In this document: in pieces, positions 17,406 to 17,719 of the stretch
Numbering within the stretch: position 1 is the stretch's first letter
Layout of the letters: each line of letters opens with the position of its first letter
NCBI GenBank assembly: GCA_042217545.1
Contig: JBDGSM010000008.1
Coordinates: forward strand, 1-17,719
DNA length: 17,719 nt
Direction of reading: 5' to 3'
DNA from: Candidatus Nanohalobium sp.
GTDB taxonomy: Archaea; Nanohalarchaeota; Nanosalinia; Nanosalinales; Nanosalinaceae
Notes under the pieces: generated by a model
What the model saw: only the letters and a program-made list of their open reading frames with translations
What the model was told of the DNA's origin: nothing
The model's database searches: none
Position numbers and translations under genes: made by a program

Positions 17406-17719
17406 ATGCAGAGAATTTTCTTCGCCACCGGCAACAAGGGAAAAATCGAGCACGCTTCCAACGTCCTCGGCGACGAATTCAAGGTAAAACAGGTAGATGT
17501 AGAAACTGTCGAGCCAAGTATCGATTCCATAGAGGAAATTGCTGAGGCGAAGGTGGAACAGGCGAGGGAGAAAGCGGATATTCCTGAGGAAGGCCTTCTG
17601 ATCGCGGACGATTCAGGCCTTTTCGTGGATTCGTTGAACGGTTTTCCAGGAGCTCAGACAAGTTTCTTCGACAGGAAAGTCGGAAAGAACAATTTATTGA
17701 AGCTAATTGAGGACGATAA
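17406..17719 (+). CDS. rdgB: Non-canonical purine NTP pyrophosphatase (RdgB/HAM1), truncated by the window end
   Basis: Manual translation MQRIFFATGNKGKIE...ADDSGLFVDSLNGFPG... with no stop before the window end. Confidence 0.92.
   Translation, partial: MQRIFFATGNKGKIEHASNVLGDEFKVKQVDVETVEPSIDSIEEIAEAKVEQAREKADIPEEGLLIADDSGLFVDSLNGFPGAQTSFFDRKVGKNNLLKLIEDD

Overview
Archaeal chromosomal window. The very acidic proteins, GGTGA Shine-Dalgarno sites, TATA boxes about 25 nt before start codons and compact genes suggest a halophilic DPANN lineage, most likely Nanohaloarchaeota (inference). The left part holds a hypothetical gene, an EamA transporter, a CPD photolyase-family gene, another hypothetical gene, an unannotated 49-aa cationic peptide and trkA/trkH. 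The rest is the conserved archaeal informational cluster rps6e-eIF2gamma-[PIN-rpoE1-spt4-rps24e-rps27ae-ITPase]. That cluster is split by a ~7.4-kb block encoding an MscS/inactive C39-like fusion, five ATP-grasp ligase homologues (one degenerate) and a DUF1704/MATCAP-like metallopeptidase, a candidate peptide-tagging or amino-acid-polymer 'writer/eraser' system. Separately, the palindrome AGGCCT occurs about 78 times by manual count versus about 4 expected, resembling a HIP1-type highly iterated palindrome. Family calls come from motif recognition only; no searches were run.
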